Below are positions 63,005 to 64,000 of a DNA stretch of 64,000 nt, in pieces (the stretch's first letter is position 1; every line of letters begins with the position of its first letter). Both the position numbers and the translations under genes were made by a program. The stretch is from the NCBI GenBank assembly GCA_030390025.1, contig CM059431.1, positions 131,566,001 through 131,630,000 of the forward strand. The letters are read 5' to 3'. A model generated the notes under the pieces. It was not told the origin of the DNA, searched no databases, and saw nothing but the letters and a program-made list of their open reading frames with translations. The DNA is from Squalus acanthias. Its lineage: Eukaryota.

Positions 63005-63425
63005 CCAGTCCCCTCTTCCCTTTCTGTCCCATCTGATTTTCCTCCCCCTCACTTTTTCCCCACCTCCCTCTGCCTCCTCTCTCCTTTGTTCCTCTCCCTT
63101 GTCCCTTTCCACCTATTCGTTCTCCTCCTTTTCCTATCCCCACTTTCCCTCCTGCCTCTCTTGCCTCTTCCCACTTCTTCCCTTTCCTCATCCCCACTCC
63201 CCTGTCCCCTTTTCCTCTTCCTCTCCACTTTTCCTCCTCTTCTTCCCCTCTTCCATCCCTATTCCCCTCCTCCATCCCTATTCCCCTCTTCCATCCCTAT
63301 TCCCCTCTTCCTCCTCCTCCCTTCCCCCTCTCTCCCCCTTCTTGCCTCCCCTCCTTTCCACTTCACTTCCACCTCCCTTTCCCCCCTCATCTCCCCAACC
63401 CCTTTTCCATCTCCCTTTTCCCAAG
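63005..63425. repeat. Pyrimidine-rich (CT) low-complexity tract
   Basis: ~420 bp almost entirely C/T on +, with a short (tccatccctattcccctc) triplication at ~63250-63310. Confidence 0.9.
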
Positions 63426-64000
63426 CCAACCAGTAACTATATTTAGACTGTTTTTGTTGACAATCACATTAGTGTACCCCATATATTACAATATTATGGC
63501 TTTGCATTGCAAAACTGCTGTATCAGAAGGTCTTTATGCACTTAAGATTTCTTCTGTGTACTATGTCTTACAAAATTCTAAACCAATTGTGTGTAACTAG
63601 TTTATTCTTCATACTGATTAAAACCAACTACAGTCATGTAGTGTATATATGTACATAACCAAAAGTGCTAAATCTGCCTCCCCCACCCAGAGGACTCGTT
63701 TTCTTAAAACGACAGGTCATCCAATCAACTGAATAATGCCCTTCTTCAGATTTTCCCTGAATTGGTCCCTTTCCACATTTGATTTGGAGCTCACTTCTAA
63801 TAATCACTGACTCAAGATAAATAATACCACATGGAACTTTGATTAAAAGGAGCCACTATTGACATTCTAAGAACAAACTTCAGATCTGTTCTGCTTAGAC
63901 CCAGTTTGGTCAACTCACACCTATTACAGATACCGACACAAGTAATGTTAAACATTTAGCCAACAATTATTCAACAATTACTTTGCTACGAAGTGAAAAC

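Overview
This is vertebrate genomic DNA, almost certainly from a cartilaginous fish (shark-type HE1/V-SINE, Deu-domain SINEs, CR1, L2 and Penelope repeats). The only host coding sequence I can support is one 159-bp exon at 28084-28242 (+), matching exon 2 of glypican-6 (GPC6). The rest is therefore interpreted as intron 1 and intron 2 of that gene. The introns hold a decayed but structurally complete two-gene PIF/Harbinger transposon (2606-6667) with two nested insertions, several non-autonomous Harbinger-type derivatives and MITEs, a hAT MITE, a Tigger-like MITE, and CR1 and L2 LINE fragments. They also hold Penelope-like fragments with hammerhead ribozyme motifs, a 1.7-kb solo LTR and three minisatellites, which produce all of the very long spurious ORFs. 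I found no demonstrably new biological system. The best leads are: a 22-bp minisatellite placing about 36 UGCAUG (RBFOX) motifs on the sense strand downstream of a frame-symmetric exon; an intact-looking Penelope hammerhead ribozyme; a perfect 76-bp fold-back Penelope insertion; and a Harbinger family whose derivatives share candidate promoter motifs. All family assignments come from recognition by eye, not database searches. Boundaries without TIR or TSD support are approximate.
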